DNA of 64,000 nucleotides from Microthyrium microscopicum (Eukaryota): NCBI GenBank assembly GCA_010405405.1, contig MU004233.1, positions 375,067 to 439,066 of the forward strand, read 5' to 3'. Shown piece by piece: positions 63,449 to 64,000 of this stretch (position 1 is its first letter; each line of letters starts with the position of its first letter). The notes under the pieces were generated by a model. It saw only the letters and a program-made list of their open reading frames with translations, ran no database searches and was not told where the DNA came from. The position numbers and the translations under genes were made by a program.

Positions 63449-63943
63449 CTAAGCCAAAGGAGTCTGATAAGCCGAACTTGCAGATGCTTGCATGAATTTA
63501 GTGCCAACAAGAATTCCTGGTGCGTGTTCAGCATTGGGATCTGAATATCCAATGCCAAAGGAGTCTGCCAAGCCGAATCTGCCATGTCTTTGTATGAAAT
63601 TAGTACCAACAACAATTCCGACCAAAGGTATGCTGTGTGAAGTAGTGAAGCATTTAATAAACAGAGATTTGGGACTGTGCCCAGTTAAAGGCAGTCCGAC
63701 TTCACCGGCTGGTGGAGATGTGTCCGAGTTTGAGTCCTTGAACCACCAGTCTGCTGCAACATCAATGATGGGCCACTCGAGGCTTTTCGCTAATGAGGGT
63801 GATATCCAATTATACCTGCTGCCAGAATCAAATCGGAGTTCTACAGGTATTATTTGGCCCGATTTTCGATTGATTGTTCTCATATCGGTGGTGAAAGTTG
63901 GTGTCGTGCTTCGAGGCCTTGGTGTCTCTCGAGCTGGTGGCAA
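63449..63943 (-). CDS. Retropepsin-like aspartic protease domain ORF (probably the 3' part of a gene starting beyond the window; C-terminus rearranged)
   Basis: LRFDSGSRYNWIS catalytic-type D-S-G motif and later GIVVGTNF hydrophobic-Gly motif; internal tandem duplication and frameshift near the end. Confidence 0.6.
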   Translation of the reverse strand: MPPARETPRPRSTTPTFTTDMRTINRKSGQIIPVELRFDSGSRYNWISPSLAKSLEWPIIDVAADWWFKDSNSDTSPPAGEVGLPLTGHSPKSLFIKCFTTSHSIPLVGIVVGTNFIQRHGRFGLADSFGIGYSDPNAEHAPGILVGTKFMQASASSAYQTPLA

Positions 63944-64000
63944 TTCTCGAGATATTGCGGTCTTTCCCTTGACAACATCTTTATGCAGCTTATTGACTGC

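Noticed and set aside
52000..64000. Islet as cargo of a Starship-type giant element
   Set aside because: No tyrosine-recombinase captain gene or element boundary is visible in this window

Overview
Intron-rich fungal (filamentous ascomycete) genomic DNA. 0.5-4.6 kb: a perilipin/CAP20-like gene and a small hydrophilic ORF. 4.8-19.6 kb: an AT-rich block heavily mutated by repeat-induced point mutation (RIP). It is a full-length Ty1/Copia LTR retrotransposon (295-bp LTRs, target-site duplication [TSD] CATTT) with a full-length Ty3/Gypsy element (223-bp LTRs, TSD TTTAG) nested in the opposite orientation. 20.6-21.3 kb: a non-autonomous element with terminal inverted repeats (TIRs). 22.5-51 kb: a GPI-anchored Cu-only SOD, a frameshifted HET-domain gene, an amino-acid/GABA-type permease, Pol5, an F-box-like gene with a partial tandem duplicate, a GMC oxidoreductase, a CAK-like kinase, FEN1, glutaryl-CoA dehydrogenase and Wee1. 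52.8-64 kb is the most interesting part: a putative regulated-cell-death islet. It contains a C2H2-zinc-finger / tandem pseudo-retropepsin / UBA gene divergent from a large S8 subtilisin-like protease, a convergent 284-aa fungal gasdermin (HET-Q1/RCD-1-like) and a retropepsin-like ORF. Long introns of three of these genes and the gasdermin 3' end carry a shared CCATC-N6-GATGG palindrome. The motif traces to a 211-bp MITE-like element (51-bp TIRs, 7-bp TSD) that rewrote the gasdermin C-terminus and may have produced homologous (introner-like) introns in both protease and gasdermin. Family assignments are from motif recognition only; no database searches were run.
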